A DNA stretch of 64,000 bases from the NCBI GenBank assembly GCA_000934665.2, contig KZ538451.1, positions 1-64,000 on the forward strand. Reading direction: 5' to 3'. Shown piece after piece: positions 62,732 to 64,000 of this stretch. The position numbers were made by a program, and so were the translations under genes. How positions within the stretch are numbered: the stretch's first letter is position 1; each line of letters starts with the position of its first letter. A model generated the notes under the pieces. That model had not been told where the DNA came from, did no database searches, and saw nothing but the letters and a program-made list of their open reading frames with translations. Source of the stretch: Catajapyx aquilonaris (Eukaryota).

Positions 62732-64000
62732 TTATACGTACACCTAACGACCAATATGTGTTGTATTTGTCACATCGTTCTTATGGTAAATGGTAAACTT
62801 CTTTGAATCCCAACCTCCTGCTCGTTGTGCAAACTTGCTACAACCATGCTAATGAAATGTCGCTTGTCTCTCACCAATGCAATGATGATAAAATACACCT
62901 ATTGCTTTTCTTTTTGGACACTCTGTATCATGAGTTCAGACTGATTCTCTTTCAAGCTGTGATGCCATCACACTTATGCAAGTGTATCTGTTATTATGGC
63001 TTAAAATTCAGGCACCATTATGAACAGACGTGAACTGCCGTGTTCTATATTTCGCTATGAAAATGATATGAGAAGATTACCCAACATTAGACATGGCAAA
63101 AGAGCAAGTTATTTATGTCCCATCCTGTGCGGAAAAATCAACACTTTTTTTTGGCAAAAAAATCTCAATGTACATATAACTGCTGTGAGAAGGGCCGGAT
63201 TTATCTCTCCCCTCCTTAGCCCCCCCCCCCCTTTCCTCAGACGACCTAAAGCAATGTTAACCTGCCTCCCCTTTCCCCCGCCTCTTCCCACCTACAATGT
63301 TGCTCGCTCGCTCTCTGGAGACCTTCTACAAGAGCAGGGGCCATTTGTTCCCCGCTTTGCATATACTTGAAAGAAGAAATGTCTCCACGTGCGCCACTGA
63401 GGACTTACAAACAGCACCATCTCTAGCATGCTCGTACAGATCCGATTTTATGGCTGAAGGAAAAAGCGATTGTCAAGAAGAAGCGGCCCTTCCAGCAGTA
63501 GTGCCGCCCATATAGACAAAGGCCTTTTCCGCCTGGTGGTAAATCCGGCCCTGACTGTGAGCTTATGCACTGATGTGAGCTTTTATTTTGGTACGCATTC
63601 AAACTTTTGTCTTGTGTCACCAAAAAAGCGGTGGATTTTTCAAGATAACAATAAAAAAAAGGAAGTGGAAGGGACAAATTATACATTTCAACTTGAAGGA
63701 GGGCTAATACCAAGAATCCAAAAGTTGCCCCAAGATGTAACTCTTCCAGGAGCTGAATATTCATGATCGGTCCACATGGCACACCCTGCGACAAGTTATT
63801 AATTTGCATCCGAAGGAATTAATCTCCGGTTGCCAACGACAGCCTCAGTAGGGTGGTGGTGGTGGATGGAGTAGGAACACCCAAAATTTGCAACTTGCAC
63901 CGGCCTAAAATTATTCTTGCCGACATCAAGCTGCGTGTTCCTGATGCAAATGAGCATCCGGAGGTCAGGAAAAGTTTGAGGTGTGGCTGGGTAAGAGGCC

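Noticed and set aside
63730..63755. Partial resemblance to miR-750 as recalled (agatgtaactcttccag)
   Set aside because: Seed region differs and no supporting hairpin arm was seen
63020..64000. Several 60-128 aa ORFs downstream of TMTC1
   Set aside because: No recognisable domain or consistent exon chain within the window

Overview
Eukaryotic (metazoan, probably arthropod-type) genomic DNA, not prokaryotic; it has short N gaps at 14631, 46458-46475, 48695-48811 and 56958-57063. The only protein-coding gene I can support is a + strand, 5'-partial TMTC1-like protein O-mannosyltransferase (multi-pass GT-C/DUF1736 region followed by TPR repeats). I assembled it by hand from 16 GT-AG exons between 29277 and the stop at 61148; all splice phases are consistent, giving 2371 nt and about 790 codons. 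I could not find the exon(s) for the expected N-terminal 'FVHDD...DFWG...SHKSYRP' segment, so the first 29 kb is probably one very long intron. The rest is non-coding and dense in small non-autonomous mobile elements: tRNA-derived SINEs (several with clear target-site duplications, TSDs), Tc1/mariner-, hAT-, PIF/Harbinger- and CAC-terminal MITEs, a Helitron, Helentron/HINE-like pieces and long foldback palindromes. Best leads: (1) a modular SINE family that shuffles heads and cores while keeping a covarying 3' stem-loop; (2) a structured GC-rich island at 14.0-14.4 kb with a pre-miRNA-like hairpin and a splice donor in phase with TMTC1; (3) CAC...GTG foldback elements with no obvious TSD; (4) inverted SINEs bracketing a TMTC1 exon. 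I found no firm evidence of a wholly new protein-based system; most ORFs in the supplied track look spurious.
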